NCBI GenBank assembly: GCA_038231435.1
Contig: JBBRLJ010000017.1
Location: 1 to 64,000 of the forward strand
Origin: Planctomycetota bacterium
GTDB lineage: Bacteria > Planctomycetota > UBA11346
Length of the DNA: 64,000 nucleotides
Reading direction: 5' to 3'
Numbering within the stretch: position 1 is the stretch's first letter; each line of letters starts with the position of its first letter. Both the position numbers and the translations under genes were made by a program. This document shows, one piece after another, positions 1-10,596 of this stretch. Under the pieces are notes generated by a model. It did no database searches. It worked only from the letters and a program-made list of their open reading frames with translations, and was not told where the DNA came from.

Positions 1-243
1 CGGCGACATCGAACCGCGACAAAGCCCGTGGGGTAGGCCCGCAGGGCCGTAGGGGCGGAGCCCCTGAAAATGATGCCGTGCTTGGGGGCCCCATCGCTCC
101 GCGATGGGGCGGGCGCCGAGCGGTGGTCGGCGGATACAATGGGCGTAGCCCATCCGCCGACGATGTCGCCGGCATCCGGCGACATCGAACCGCGACAAAG
201 CCCGTGGGGTAGGCCCGCAGGGCCGTAGGGGCGGAGCCCCTGA
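1..243 (-). repeat. Structured REP-like element, family A (one partial copy cut by the window edge plus one full copy, 176-bp period)
   Basis: Positions 1-67 repeat at 177-243. Contains GTAG-GCCC-GCA-GGGC and GTAG-GGGC-GGA-GCCC hairpins. Homologous to copies at 3181, 22914, 23098 and 32041. Confidence 0.9.
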
Positions 244-249
244 AAAAAG

Positions 250-1143
250 CTAACTGCGCCAAGCATCATGGAACGCGACCCATTGGCTGGGCGCGGCGGC
301 GACGAAGCGGGTCAGGACGTTGGCGAGTTGCTCGGTGAGCGACACCACCTGGTGTTGCTTGGGCAGGGCGGGGTCGGCGTGGAGCGGCTTGTCGACGATC
401 AGTCCGAAGCTCGTCGGGCCGGTGCGGACGAGGTACATGGGGATGATCGGCGCGCCGGTCTGGGCGGCTAGCGCCGCCGGCCCGAGCGGGAGCACCATCG
501 AGTGTCCGGCGAACGGCACGCGCACGCCGTTGCCGGTGTAGTCGCGATCGGCGAGGATGCCCAGGATGCGTCCGGCCTTGAGCGCTCGCAGCGCCGCGAG
601 CGGGGCGCGGTCGAGCAGCAGGCTGCGGCAGCCGACCTGGCCGCGCTTGCGCTCGAACAGATGGTCGATGGCGGGATCGCCGTGGCTCAGCGAGATCGCC
701 TCGACCTGCTCGATCAGGCGCAGCCGGTGGGTGGCGGCGAGCATCAGCTCCCAATTGGAGTGGACGGTCACCAGGATCGCCGGACCCGCCAGCGGGCGGC
801 GCGCGAAGACCCGCCAGGGATCGATCAGCGCGAGTCGGTCGGCGGCAAGGTACCAGTCGGGCAGGCGGTCGATGCGCAGGCCTTCGCTGAGCTGCGCAGC
901 GAATGAGCGGTAGGCGTGCCGCACCGCGCGGCTGCGCGCCTCGGGGCACGACGCGGGGATGAAATGCGCGAGGTTGCACGCCACCGCCTTGCGGCCGCGC
1001 GGGTCGAGCGCCCACATCAGCGATGAGACGATCACCGAGAGGATGCGCGTGAACGGCATCGGCAGCCGGCCAGCGACGAACGCCATCGCCTTGTAGACCA
1101 GGCGGCGCAGCGCCGGGCGCTTGGACAAGACGTCGCGGCTCAT
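250..1143 (-). CDS. Lysophospholipid acyltransferase family protein (LpxL/HtrB or PIM acyltransferase-like)
   Basis: HSNWE (HxxxxE/D) motif, GILADRD, VPFAG and LAAQTGAPIIP blocks, C-terminal PSQW. Start placed at MSRDVLSK. Confidence 0.85.
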   Translation of the reverse strand: MSRDVLSKRPALRRLVYKAMAFVAGRLPMPFTRILSVIVSSLMWALDPRGRKAVACNLAHFIPASCPEARSRAVRHAYRSFAAQLSEGLRIDRLPDWYLAADRLALIDPWRVFARRPLAGPAILVTVHSNWELMLAATHRLRLIEQVEAISLSHGDPAIDHLFERKRGQVGCRSLLLDRAPLAALRALKAGRILGILADRDYTGNGVRVPFAGHSMVLPLGPAALAAQTGAPIIPMYLVRTGPTSFGLIVDKPLHADPALPKQHQVVSLTEQLANVLTRFVAAAPSQWVAFHDAWRS

Positions 1144-1275
1144 CGGGGGGAGCCAGTTGTTTGTCGTCCGTGGTCGGATTGCGGAGAGGACATCCGCTTC
1201 CGCGGTGCTCGCGCAGTCGCATGCAGCGGATCCGCTGGGCTCGTGGTCTGGACTGTTTCGCGTTCCTTGGCCGTC

Positions 1276-1310
1276 GACGACGGACGACCGACGACGGACG
1301 ACGGACCATC
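1276..1310. repeat. Heptamer tandem repeat (GACGACG-like, 5 units)
   Basis: GACGACG GACGACC GACGACG GACGACG GACCATC directly downstream of recJ. Confidence 0.8.
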
Positions 1311-1315
1311 CATCC

Positions 1316-3055
1316 TCAAACTGATTTCCCATCCACGTAGACCAGCCTGGGAGCGAGTTCGCCGCGCCAGCGGCTGGCCTCGGGGCGCACCAGCACATCG
1401 AAGCGCGAGCCGGTGGAGCTGAAGTCCATGAACTGCTTGCGCACGCGCCAGGCCAGGAGCTCGCGCATGCCGCCCCCGGGATCGGTCAGCGCGCCCTTGA
1501 GATGGTCGCCGTCCTTGCCGAAGAGCTTCGGCCGAGAGACGAACGACACCTGCTTCAGGTGCAGGATCGGCTCGGGGTTGGCGATGCCGAAGGGCGCCAT
1601 GTCCTCGAGCGTGCCGAAGAAATCCGCGTCGAGTTCGGCGATGGCCGCGTCGCCATCATAGTCGGTGCGCGGCACGCAGTGCCCGGCGGGCACCCGCGCG
1701 CCGACATGGCGCTCGAAGGCCGCGCTGAAATCGGCGATCCGCGCCGCGTCGATCGACACTCCCGCCGCCATCGCATGGCCGCCGCCCTTGAGCAGATGCT
1801 CGCGGCAGGCGTCCAGCGCCTGGCCGAGATGGATCTGCGGGATCGAACGCAGGCTGCCCTTGCCGACGCCATCGGCGATCGCGATCACCGCCGCGGGCTT
1901 GCCGAAGCGGTCGACCAGGCGGCTGGCGACGATGCCGACCACGCCCTGGTGCCAGCCTTCGCCGGCGAACACCAGCGTCGAGCGCGAGTTGGTGGCAGCG
2001 TCGCCCTCGGCGCGGGCGACCAGGTCCTCGGTGAGGATCTGGGTCAGGCGTCTGCGCTCGTCGTTCTCCATGACGATCTGGTTCATCTGTTCGATGGCCT
2101 CGATCGATGAGCGCGCGGTGAGCAGCCGGATGTTGGCCATCGCGCTGCCCACGCGTCCGGCGGCGTTCAGCAGGGGGCCCAGCTTCCAGCCGACATCGCC
2201 AGCGGTGACGGCCTGGGCCAGGCGCGCCTGCTCGAGTAGGGCGCGCAGCCCCGGGTTGACGGTCTTGGCCAACGCCTTGAGGCCGTGGTGGACGAGGATG
2301 CGGTTCTCGCCGGTGAGCGTGGCGCAATCGGCGACAGTGCCGACCGCGACCAGTGACAGGGCGTCGAGCATGAACTCACGCAGCCGCTGGGTGATCTTGT
2401 CGGACGCGCACAGCACCTTGGCGGTCGCCCACGCGAGCTTCCAGGCGACGCCGACTCCGGCGAGGCCCTTGTCCGGGTACGGGCAGCCGGCCTGGTTCGG
2501 ATTGCAGACGGCGGTGCAGCGCGGCGGTGGGCCCGAGGGCAGGTGGTGGTCGGTGATGATCACCGCGCAGCCGGTCTCGGCTTCGATGCGCGCGGCCCAA
2601 CCGTGGTCGGAGATGCCGCAGTCGACGGTCACCATCAGTTGCGAGGCGTGTTCCTTGGCAGCAGCCAGGCTCGCCTCGCCAAGACCGTAGCCGTCGATGC
2701 GCCGGTGCGGGATCCACGCCACCGCCTCGTGGCCGCACTCACGCACGAACAGCGCCAGCAGCGACGCCGAGGTCGAGCCGTCGACGTCGTAGTCGCCGTG
2801 GATGATGATGCGCTCGCGATCGTTGATGGCCTTGGCGAGGCGATGGGCCGCCACGTCCATGCCGAGCATCAGCTCGGGACGATGGAGATCCTGCAGTCGC
2901 TTGGCGAACCACGACTGCGCGTGCGCGGCGCCCTGCACGCCGCGCAGCGCCACCAGCCGTGCGGTGATGCGACTCAGGCGCAGCTCGTGCTCGAGCTCGG
3001 ACACCACGTCTTGCGGTGGTTCACGGCCCACCCATGGCCGCGCGGGCGCTAGCAT
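1316..3055 (-). CDS. recJ: ssDNA-specific exonuclease RecJ
   Basis: GDYDVDG, PHRRIDGYG, TVDCG, ITDHH (DHH), GTVAD, GSLRS and GGHAMAAG motifs. Confidence 0.97.
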   Translation of the reverse strand: MLAPARPWVGREPPQDVVSELEHELRLSRITARLVALRGVQGAAHAQSWFAKRLQDLHRPELMLGMDVAAHRLAKAINDRERIIIHGDYDVDGSTSASLLALFVRECGHEAVAWIPHRRIDGYGLGEASLAAAKEHASQLMVTVDCGISDHGWAARIEAETGCAVIITDHHLPSGPPPRCTAVCNPNQAGCPYPDKGLAGVGVAWKLAWATAKVLCASDKITQRLREFMLDALSLVAVGTVADCATLTGENRILVHHGLKALAKTVNPGLRALLEQARLAQAVTAGDVGWKLGPLLNAAGRVGSAMANIRLLTARSSIEAIEQMNQIVMENDERRRLTQILTEDLVARAEGDAATNSRSTLVFAGEGWHQGVVGIVASRLVDRFGKPAAVIAIADGVGKGSLRSIPQIHLGQALDACREHLLKGGGHAMAAGVSIDAARIADFSAAFERHVGARVPAGHCVPRTDYDGDAAIAELDADFFGTLEDMAPFGIANPEPILHLKQVSFVSRPKLFGKDGDHLKGALTDPGGGMRELLAWRVRKQFMDFSSTGSRFDVLVRPEASRWRGELAPRLVYVDGKSV

Positions 3056-3180
3056 GCGCCCCGGCCCGCGCCTTGGTGCCCAGCGCCGTGACCGTGGCCA
3101 GCGCCGCATCCGAGGAAGACCGAGGCGGATCCGTTCATCTCGGCACCGTACCCGCGCACCTGACCAGTCAAACTTTGCTC

Positions 3181-3647
3181 AGGGGCTTCGCCCCTACGGC
3201 CCGGTGGGCCTACCCCACGGGCTTTGTCGGGGCTCGATTTCTCCGCTGCGCTTCGAAATCGTGGGCGGATGGGCTTCGCCCATTGTATCCGCCCACCGTC
3301 CCTCGGCGCCCGCTGTTTGCACAGGGGCTTCGCCCCTACGGCCCGGTGGGCCTACCCCGCGGGCTTTGTCGGGGCTCGATTTCTCCGCTGCGCTTCGAAA
3401 TCGTGGGCGGATGGGCTTCACCCATTGTATCCGCCCACCGTCCCTCGGCGCCCGCTGTTTGCACAGGGGCTTCGCCCCTACGGCCCGGTGGGCCTACCCC
3501 ACGGGCTTTGTCGGGGCTCGATTTCTCCGCTGCGCTTCGAAATGGTGGGCGGATGGGCTTCGCCCATTGTATCCGCCCACCGTCCCTCGGCGCCCGCCCC
3601 ATCGCGGAGCGATGGGGCCCCCGGATCGCGGAGCGATGGGGCCCCCG
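3181..3647 (+). repeat. Three tandem 142-bp copies of structured REP-like family A, with a duplicated terminal hairpin
   Basis: Near-identical units start at 3181, 3323 and 3465 with no unique spacers. The array ends with CCCCATCGC-GGA-GCGATGGGG followed by a partial duplicate. Confidence 0.95.
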
Positions 3648-3667
3648 GCAAGTCGTCGGCGCAGCTG

Positions 3668-3787
3668 CCGGCCGCCGAGTCCTGGTTTGCGTGAATAATG
3701 GATGCAGCCCATCACGCAAACTTCTTGGCCGCCTCGCGGACACGAAGAGGGACGACAAGGGCGTGGGGGCCCGGGGGCGAAGCCCCC
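3668..3787 (-). repeat. Structured REP-like element, subfamily B
   Basis: Reverse-complement homolog of the units at 31658 and 31787. Confidence 0.85.
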
Positions 3788-3866
3788 GCACAGAGGGGGC
3801 TCAGACGGGGAAATCAGGTGCACGACGCGGCGGCCCTGGGAGCCTGTGCGCCCCCAGGAGTCCGCC

Positions 3867-6800
3867 GTGAACCGATCCATCCTCTCTGCCGGTATCCGTG
3901 TGTCGTTCCTTGCGCTCGGCGGAACCCTCGCTCGCGCAGTGATCGCGGTCGCCTGCGCGCTGGGGTCGTCGGCGATGGGCTGGGCGGCCGATGCGGCGCC
4001 CACCGCTCCGCAAGCAGCCGTACCGCCCTTCCCCCAGGATCATTCCGAGATCGCCCCGGATCCGGCGGTGGTCTGGGGCCGCCTCGAGAGCGGGCTGCGC
4101 TGGTGCGTGATGCGCAACCAGCAGCCGAAAGACAAGGTCACCATCCGCCTGCAGGTCGAGAACGGCAGCCTCGCCGAGAGCGAGCAGCAGCGCGGGCTCG
4201 CCCACTACCTCGAGCACATGGCCTTCAACGGCAGCACGCACTTCCCTCCTGGCAAGCTGGTCACCCTGCTCCAGGGCCTGGGCCTCGCGTTCGGCGCCCA
4301 CACCAACGCCCACACCAGCTTCGACGAAACGGTGTACAAGCTGGATCTGCCGGATGCGCAGGAGGGCACACTCGCCACCGGCCTGCGCGTGATGGCCGAC
4401 TGGGCTGGCGGCCTGTCGCTGCCGAGCGACGCGATCGACAAGGAGCGCGGCATCATCCTTGCCGAGATGCGCGACCGCAACACTCCGGGTTTCCGCGAGT
4501 TCATCGCCTTGTCCAAGGCGCGCTATCCTGGCCTGATCATCGGCGAGCGCGCGCCCATCGGTCTCGCCGAGACCGTGAAGAACGCCGATCGCGAGCTGCT
4601 GAAGTCGTACTACGACGATTGGTACCGTCCCGAACAGATGGTCCTCGCGGTGGTCGGCGCCATCGAGCCCGCGCAGGCCATCGAGGCGATCAAGTCCGCG
4701 TTCGCGGATGTCGCCGCGCGTTCTCCCAAGCGCGAGCGCCCGTCGTTCGGAACGCTGCGCGCGGGAGTGGACGTGCTCTGCCACCATGAAGCCGAGGACG
4801 ATGGCACCGAGGCCATCGTCGAGCTGGTCCGCCCACGGCCCCGTCCCCACGACTCGGCGCAGCTGCGCCACCTCTACCTGCTGCAGGATCTGGGCGAACG
4901 CGTATTCAATCGCCGCATCACCGACCTGGCGGAGCGCGATCCCCAGGGACCTATCCTGGGCGGTAGCCTGAGCTCCGGCCAATGGCTCGACCTCTTCATC
5001 GCCACCGCCAGCGCGCATGCGCGGCCCGGCAAGGCGCTCGAGGCGCTGCGGGTGCTCGACACCGAGCGACGCCGCCTGCTCGCCTTCGGTCCCACCGCGG
5101 CCGAACTGCAGGTCGCAGCGCGCACCCTCGGCGCTTCGCTCGACCAGGCGGTCGAGCAGGCAGGCACGCGCACCAATGTGGCCCTGGCCACCGGCATCTA
5201 CACCGCGGTCCACGAGGACGAGGTGTTCGTCAGCCCGCAGACCCAGCGCGACCTGCTGCGACCGTTCATCGCCACGGCGACGCCGGCCGATGTGCTCGCG
5301 GCCCTGAAGGAGGAATGGCTCGACGAGCACGCGCACCTGATGGTGGCGGTGGTCGGTCGCGACGATCTCGGCGCCGACGGGCTCGCCGCGGCGCGCGCCG
5401 CCTTCGACCAGGCCGAGGCCGCGCACCTCGATCCGCTCGAGGAACGCAAGGCGGTCGCCTGGGCGTATGGCCAGATCGCCGACACCGGAGCGGTGGCCAA
5501 GCAGGCCCTGGGCGCGCACGAGATCCACCAGCTGCGCTTCGCCAATCACGTCGTGGCCAACATCAAGCACACCGATTTCCAGCCCAACCAGGTGCTGGTC
5601 GAAGTGCGCCTGGCGGTGCCGCCGGTCGAGCGCCAGCCCGGGCTGAGCGACCTGGTGTCGATGGCCTTCCTCGATGGCGGGCTGGGCAAGCACCCCACGC
5701 AGGAACTGCGCGAGATCCTCGCTGGCACCAGCGTGCTCAACCACGTCGGCGGTCCCAGCTTCAGCGAGGATGGCGCGGCGTTCAGCGCGACCGTCCTGCC
5801 CAAGGATCTCGAGCTGTGCCTGCAGGAGCTGCGCGCCTACATCGTCGATCCGGGCTGGAGGCCCGAGGCCGAGGTGCGCGCCAAGGCCTCGTGGATCGAG
5901 GCGCTCGAGAGCATCGACACCGATCTCGACGCGCAGGTGTCGCGCGGCTTCGCATTCGCGGCGGTGGTCAACGCGCCCCAGCGCCGGCCAGTCGCCGTCG
6001 ACGAGGCCAAGGCCGCGACCTTCGCTGCTGCCCGACGCTGGTTCCAGCCGATCCTCGAGAGCGCGCCGTTGTCGCTGTCGATCGTCGGCGACATCGATCC
6101 GGCGGTCGCGGCCGGGTTGGCCAAGCAGTACCTGGGCAGCCTCGGCGAGCGCCGCGAGGCCCCGGTCATGACCGATCCGCACGCGCCCAACGTGCTCGCC
6201 AATTGCCCGCCGATCCCGGCGGACCTGCGGCATCTCGACGTGCCCGGAACCAATCCGCGCGCGCTGCTGATGTTGGGTTGGCCCACCGACGACTTCTACG
6301 ACATCGCGCAGACGCGCCGGCTGGGCATGCTCGCCGAGGCCTTCAGCGAGCGCCTGCGGGTGAAAGTGCGCGAGCAGCTCGGCCAGGCGTACAGCCCGCA
6401 CGCCTGGCGCGAGGCCAGCGAAGCCTATCGCGGCTACGGGTACCTCGGCGTGATGGTCGGCGTGGCGCCGGAGCGCATCGAGGACGCGCGCGCCGCGGTG
6501 CTGGCGATCGCCGCCGAGCTCGCCGACAAGGGCATCGACGACGAACTGCTCGGCCGCATCAAGGGGCCGCAAGTGAAGAACATGGCCGCCTACCGCCAGC
6601 AGAACCGCTATTGGCTGTCGTCGGTGCTCGAACGTTGCCAGGAGCAGCCGTTCCGGCTCGACTGGGCCGCATCGATGGAGGACGACTACGCGCGCATCAC
6701 TGTGGACGACGTCAACGCGCTGGCCAAGCGCTACCTCGACAACAGCAAGGTGCTGCAGGTGATCGGCGTCTGCGCCGGGCCGGCGAAGGGGGACGTGCCG

Positions 6801-6881
6801 AAGCTCGAGAAGGCGGAGGCACCGAAGGATCCGGCCGAGCAGCCCAAGCCGAAGGCGCCCGAGCAGCCGAAATCGCCCTGA
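3867..6881 (+). CDS. M16 family zinc metallopeptidase (PqqL/insulinase-like), probably exported
   Basis: Inverted zincin HYLEH, NAHTSFDETVY, hydrophobic N-terminal signal. GTG start has AGGAG at 3856-3860. Confidence 0.93.
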   Translation: MNRSILSAGIRVSFLALGGTLARAVIAVACALGSSAMGWAADAAPTAPQAAVPPFPQDHSEIAPDPAVVWGRLESGLRWCVMRNQQPKDKVTIRLQVENGSLAESEQQRGLAHYLEHMAFNGSTHFPPGKLVTLLQGLGLAFGAHTNAHTSFDETVYKLDLPDAQEGTLATGLRVMADWAGGLSLPSDAIDKERGIILAEMRDRNTPGFREFIALSKARYPGLIIGERAPIGLAETVKNADRELLKSYYDDWYRPEQMVLAVVGAIEPAQAIEAIKSAFADVAARSPKRERPSFGTLRAGVDVLCHHEAEDDGTEAIVELVRPRPRPHDSAQLRHLYLLQDLGERVFNRRITDLAERDPQGPILGGSLSSGQWLDLFIATASAHARPGKALEALRVLDTERRRLLAFGPTAAELQVAARTLGASLDQAVEQAGTRTNVALATGIYTAVHEDEVFVSPQTQRDLLRPFIATATPADVLAALKEEWLDEHAHLMVAVVGRDDLGADGLAAARAAFDQAEAAHLDPLEERKAVAWAYGQIADTGAVAKQALGAHEIHQLRFANHVVANIKHTDFQPNQVLVEVRLAVPPVERQPGLSDLVSMAFLDGGLGKHPTQELREILAGTSVLNHVGGPSFSEDGAAFSATVLPKDLELCLQELRAYIVDPGWRPEAEVRAKASWIEALESIDTDLDAQVSRGFAFAAVVNAPQRRPVAVDEAKAATFAAARRWFQPILESAPLSLSIVGDIDPAVAAGLAKQYLGSLGERREAPVMTDPHAPNVLANCPPIPADLRHLDVPGTNPRALLMLGWPTDDFYDIAQTRRLGMLAEAFSERLRVKVREQLGQAYSPHAWREASEAYRGYGYLGVMVGVAPERIEDARAAVLAIAAELADKGIDDELLGRIKGPQVKNMAAYRQQNRYWLSSVLERCQEQPFRLDWAASMEDDYARITVDDVNALAKRYLDNSKVLQVIGVCAGPAKGDVPKLEKAEAPKDPAEQPKPKAPEQPKSP

Positions 6882-7012
6882 TTCCCGCACGCCACGCCCG
6901 CGCGGTCAGCGGCGATCGAGCGGGAGTAGAGGCGAATGAGGGCAATGATGAGGGTAATGCAGGTCGATGCCAAGTCGACGAAGGGAGATGAAGCGGAACT
7001 GGCCGCCCCCTG

Positions 7013-9571
7013 CTACTCCCCCGTCGCAGCGGCCCAGGGATACAGGCGGTCGTCCACCGCCAAGCCCTCGCGCGTCGCCACGGGCGGATGCGCTCCACGC
7101 AAGGCTTCCGGAAGTTTGACCTCGATGGGGACGGACACCGACTTCGGATCGTGTCCGGCCTGATCTGCCGGCGGCGGATACATGAACGCGCGGTGATCAC
7201 CCAGCAGCACCAGCGCGGCATGTCGCCCCGGCAGCGGAACCATCCACAGCGCGGATCCGGGCAACGCCACCCGCGTCGCCACCGCCACGGGGGCCGCCGT
7301 GGTGAATCCACGCTCGGCACCGCCATCGCTCGACACCCTCGACGCGTCGAGCGCCGCATCGACCATGACCAGCTCGTCCGCCGCCGCGAACTGGCTCAGC
7401 ATCGCCAGCCGGGTGCGTGACAGCACGCGCGTCTGCGACGGCAGCAGATCGATGCCGCTCGAGATCGCGACCAGGCGTCGCTCTCCGGTGGCCGCGTCGA
7501 GCACCACCAATCGCGAGGGGCCCTCTGCCACCAGCGCGCAGCCATCGGTGATCGCCAGCGAACGGCTGTGCACGGTGGGATCGGCGGGCCAACGATGGCG
7601 CCAGCGCAGGCGCCTGGTGCCGGCGTCGCGGCAGGTGAGGCGCGTGAAACCCTGGCCGTGATCGAGCTGGATCAGGGTGCCGGCGTGCAGATGCGCTTGG
7701 CCGAGCTGTGGATCGAGGACTAGGGCATCCTCGGGATCGGCGGCCATCCCCGCCGGCATGGCGACAGGCGCATCGCGCACCAGCGACTCCCCGGTGCGGC
7801 CGACCGGGGCCCCGGCGAGCCAGCGCTCGAGCGCCAGGGCCAGCGTCGCGCCGTCCACCGCGTGCGACCACGATGCGCTCGGAGTTCCGATCTCGGCCGG
7901 TGACCAGGCGATCAGGGTGTCCGGGTGGGCGTGGAGGAATGACACCAACGCCTGTGCATGCGCGCGCGCGCGATCGGGCTCGCTAGGCCGTTCCGTGCTG
8001 AAATCAGCGCGGAAGCGCGCGTACCAGACGGCCGCCTGCTCGTCCGCGGACTGCGCCAACGCGGCGACCTCGTCGGCGCATCGCGCGACGTGCTCGGGCC
8101 CCATGCCGGCGTGGGCGGCGAAGGCCACCTGGCGGCCCTCGGCGGTCGCTGCATCGGCGGACGAGCGCGCCAGCTCGTCGAGGGCGTCCGACCAACGGCT
8201 GGCTTGGGTGAGCAGGCGCGCGCGCGCGACTGGTGCCGCCTCGGCGAGCTGCGTGGCGAATGGTTCGAGGCGCCATGCGGTGCCGTCAGTGGCGATGATG
8301 GTGGCGCTGATCCCGGCCGTGCCGCCGAGGCCATCGGCCGACAGCCGCCAACCGGGCTGCGCATCCAGGAAGTGGCGGATGCGATGCACCCGGGTCCCGA
8401 GTTCGAACAGCAGCAGCTCATCGCGCGTTAGCCACAGGCTGCGGCCGCCACGCACCAGCGGCGGGCAGAGCGGCTCGGCCCCGAGATCGAGCTGCAGCGG
8501 CGTCTCTCCAGGCGCACTTCGCTGTTCGGACAGCCGCTCGGACGTCGACACGGGAAAGGGCAGGCGCCATGCGCGTTCGCCGGTCGCGAACCAGGCTGCT
8601 CCGCCGGTGACCGACAGGCAGCGCGTATCTCCGGGAGGTGGCGTGAGCGTCGAGACCACTCCCTGCTCATCGATGGCGCGCAGGCCCGCGCTGTCGCGCA
8701 CCAGCGTCGCGCCGGCCCCGGGCACCACGTCCGCGCCCAGCTCGACGCGGTATTGCCACAGCACGCGTCCAGCGTCGTCGAGCGCGAGCAGCCAGCCGCG
8801 TTGGGTCGACCAGCCCACGGCCAAGCCACGGCATTTGGGCGCGGGAGCGGCGCTCGAGATCCGCACCGGCGTCCCCGGCTCGATGAGGCGCGCGAGCGCG
8901 TCGACCACTGGGCCTCGCGCGCTCAGCAGCAGGGCGGCCTCCGCGCGCTGAACTCCCGCGACGTCGCTTCCACCGTGGGAGGCGGGCGTCAGCAGCAGCT
9001 CGGCGAGCAGGACATCGGCGAACCGGCCGTGGTCGAAGGCGCGCGCGGAGGCGAGCGTGAGCTCGGCGATGGCGGTCGGAGCGGGCAGGAAATCCTCGGC
9101 GCGCAGCGCGCGCTCGCGCGCGTCGGAGGCCAGGGCGAGATCCTTGCGGCACAGCGCATCGAGCCCCGCGAGGGCGAGTCCACGCGCCGGGGAGGCGAGC
9201 CGCGCGATCGCGCGCGGCACCAGTTGCGACCAGCGTCTACCCAGGTCGCCATCGGCCCTATCGGGTACCGCGACATCGGCGTGGAAGAGGTCCGGCGAGA
9301 GTTGCCCAATGGCCTCGGCGTCGCCCGCGCTGATCACCATCAAGGCATGGATCACCTCGTCGGCCCGCCCGCCGCGCAGCGCCAGAGGCTGCGGCGTGCG
9401 ATCTGCGGTTTCCTCGGCTGGTCCGGACGCGGGCTCGGAAGCGGCTTCGCGGGGGGGGGCAGGCGCTGGTCGAGGAGCGACCAGCGGCGGCACGGCATCA
9501 GCGGCCACGGCTCCGGCAGCCGACAGAGCCGCCAGGAACGCCCAGGCCATCAGGCTCCGCATCGCACCCAT
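7013..9571 (-). CDS. Large exported hypothetical protein with PQQ-like beta-propeller repeats and helical (TPR-like) segments
   Basis: Signal peptide; 'LLALDDAGRVLWQY', 'CRDAGTRRLRW' and 'VLDAATGERR' propeller-like repeats. Confidence 0.6.
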   Translation of the reverse strand: MGAMRSLMAWAFLAALSAAGAVAADAVPPLVAPRPAPAPPREAASEPASGPAEETADRTPQPLALRGGRADEVIHALMVISAGDAEAIGQLSPDLFHADVAVPDRADGDLGRRWSQLVPRAIARLASPARGLALAGLDALCRKDLALASDARERALRAEDFLPAPTAIAELTLASARAFDHGRFADVLLAELLLTPASHGGSDVAGVQRAEAALLLSARGPVVDALARLIEPGTPVRISSAAPAPKCRGLAVGWSTQRGWLLALDDAGRVLWQYRVELGADVVPGAGATLVRDSAGLRAIDEQGVVSTLTPPPGDTRCLSVTGGAAWFATGERAWRLPFPVSTSERLSEQRSAPGETPLQLDLGAEPLCPPLVRGGRSLWLTRDELLLFELGTRVHRIRHFLDAQPGWRLSADGLGGTAGISATIIATDGTAWRLEPFATQLAEAAPVARARLLTQASRWSDALDELARSSADAATAEGRQVAFAAHAGMGPEHVARCADEVAALAQSADEQAAVWYARFRADFSTERPSEPDRARAHAQALVSFLHAHPDTLIAWSPAEIGTPSASWSHAVDGATLALALERWLAGAPVGRTGESLVRDAPVAMPAGMAADPEDALVLDPQLGQAHLHAGTLIQLDHGQGFTRLTCRDAGTRRLRWRHRWPADPTVHSRSLAITDGCALVAEGPSRLVVLDAATGERRLVAISSGIDLLPSQTRVLSRTRLAMLSQFAAADELVMVDAALDASRVSSDGGAERGFTTAAPVAVATRVALPGSALWMVPLPGRHAALVLLGDHRAFMYPPPADQAGHDPKSVSVPIEVKLPEALRGAHPPVATREGLAVDDRLYPWAAATGE

Positions 9572-9740
9572 GGGGACATCCTACCAGCGGGTGGCGACGG
9601 ACAATCCCGCCAGCCTGCCGCAGCGGCGCGCACCCCGGGCGGAGGCTGTCGGTGTTCTCACCACCCTGGCCCCACCCGGGCCCCGCCTAGCCTCGATCCA
9701 CCCGGCCTTGATCGCCCAGGGGCTGCGCCAACCTCGCGCC

Positions 9741-10589
9741 ATGACTCCCGCCGAGCTGCTCGATGACCACGCGCGCCGTCCGCGCAACATCGGCAAGCTG
9801 CTCAATGCGAGCGCGGTGGGGGATGTCGGTTCGATCGTCGCCGGCGATGCTCTGCGCTTCTACATATCTGTCGCCAAGGACGCGGACGGAGCCGAGCGCA
9901 TCACCGCGGCGAAGTACCAGGTGTTCAACTGCCAGGATCAGCTCGGTCCGGCATCGGTGGTCAGCGAGATCGCACAGGGATTGACGCTCGACGAAGCGAC
10001 CGCCCTCGGCCCCAAGGAGGTGTGCGCGAAGCTCGGCGGCCTCGACCATGCCGATCTGCCGCCGCGCCTGTGGGCCAGCGAGGGGCTGCGCGCCGCCATC
10101 GCGTCGTGGAGCGGCGACGAGCTCCCCGCCGACGCGGAACTAGATCCGCTCTTGTGCCGGTGCCTGGGCATCCCCGAGGAGACGGTGCGACAGGCGGTGT
10201 CGGTGCGCGGCCTGGCGACCGTGGACGCGGTGGTCGAGGCGACCGGCGCCGGCAGCGTCTGCGGCAGTTGCCGGACCGACATGCCGCGGCTGCTCGGCAC
10301 TGGCGAGAAGCCGTCCGCCGCCGCATCTGCCTCTTCAACCGGAAGCATGGCGCCGATGACGCGCATCCAGCTGATGCGTAGGATCCAGGCCGCGGCCGAG
10401 GAGAAGTTCCTACCCGCGCTGCGCGCCCAGGGCGGTGACCTCGAGCTGTGGGATTTCCGCGACGCGCGCGTCCTGGTGCGCGCCAAGGGCGCGCTCGCGG
10501 GTGACGACCACGCCCGCCGCGCGGCCCTCGCGGCGTTCGAGGCGCTGCTGAGGTCCGAGATCGATCCCACGCTCGGCGTGGCCGAATGA
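9741..10589 (+). CDS. NifU-like protein (IscU-like + BFD [2Fe-2S] + Nfu-like domains) with degenerate scaffold cysteines
   Basis: DHARRPRNIG and GDVGSI.GDALR N-terminus; CRC...CGSC BFD motif; 'PALRAQGGDLEL' Nfu-like C-terminus. Confidence 0.85.
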   Translation: MTPAELLDDHARRPRNIGKLLNASAVGDVGSIVAGDALRFYISVAKDADGAERITAAKYQVFNCQDQLGPASVVSEIAQGLTLDEATALGPKEVCAKLGGLDHADLPPRLWASEGLRAAIASWSGDELPADAELDPLLCRCLGIPEETVRQAVSVRGLATVDAVVEATGAGSVCGSCRTDMPRLLGTGEKPSAAASASSTGSMAPMTRIQLMRRIQAAAEEKFLPALRAQGGDLELWDFRDARVLVRAKGALAGDDHARRAALAAFEALLRSEIDPTLGVAE

Positions 10590-10596
10590 AGCTCGT

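Noticed and set aside
3181..3647. Tandem repeats as a CRISPR array
   Set aside because: The units are 142 bp and nearly identical along their whole length, with no unique spacers and no cas genes. The same applies to the 129-bp units at 31658.
2802..3870. ORFs spanning the repeat array (and those at 22618-23168 and 31559-32292)
   Set aside because: They are translations of GC-rich non-coding repeats. The 142-bp period is not a multiple of 3, and the same peptide appears in shifting frames.
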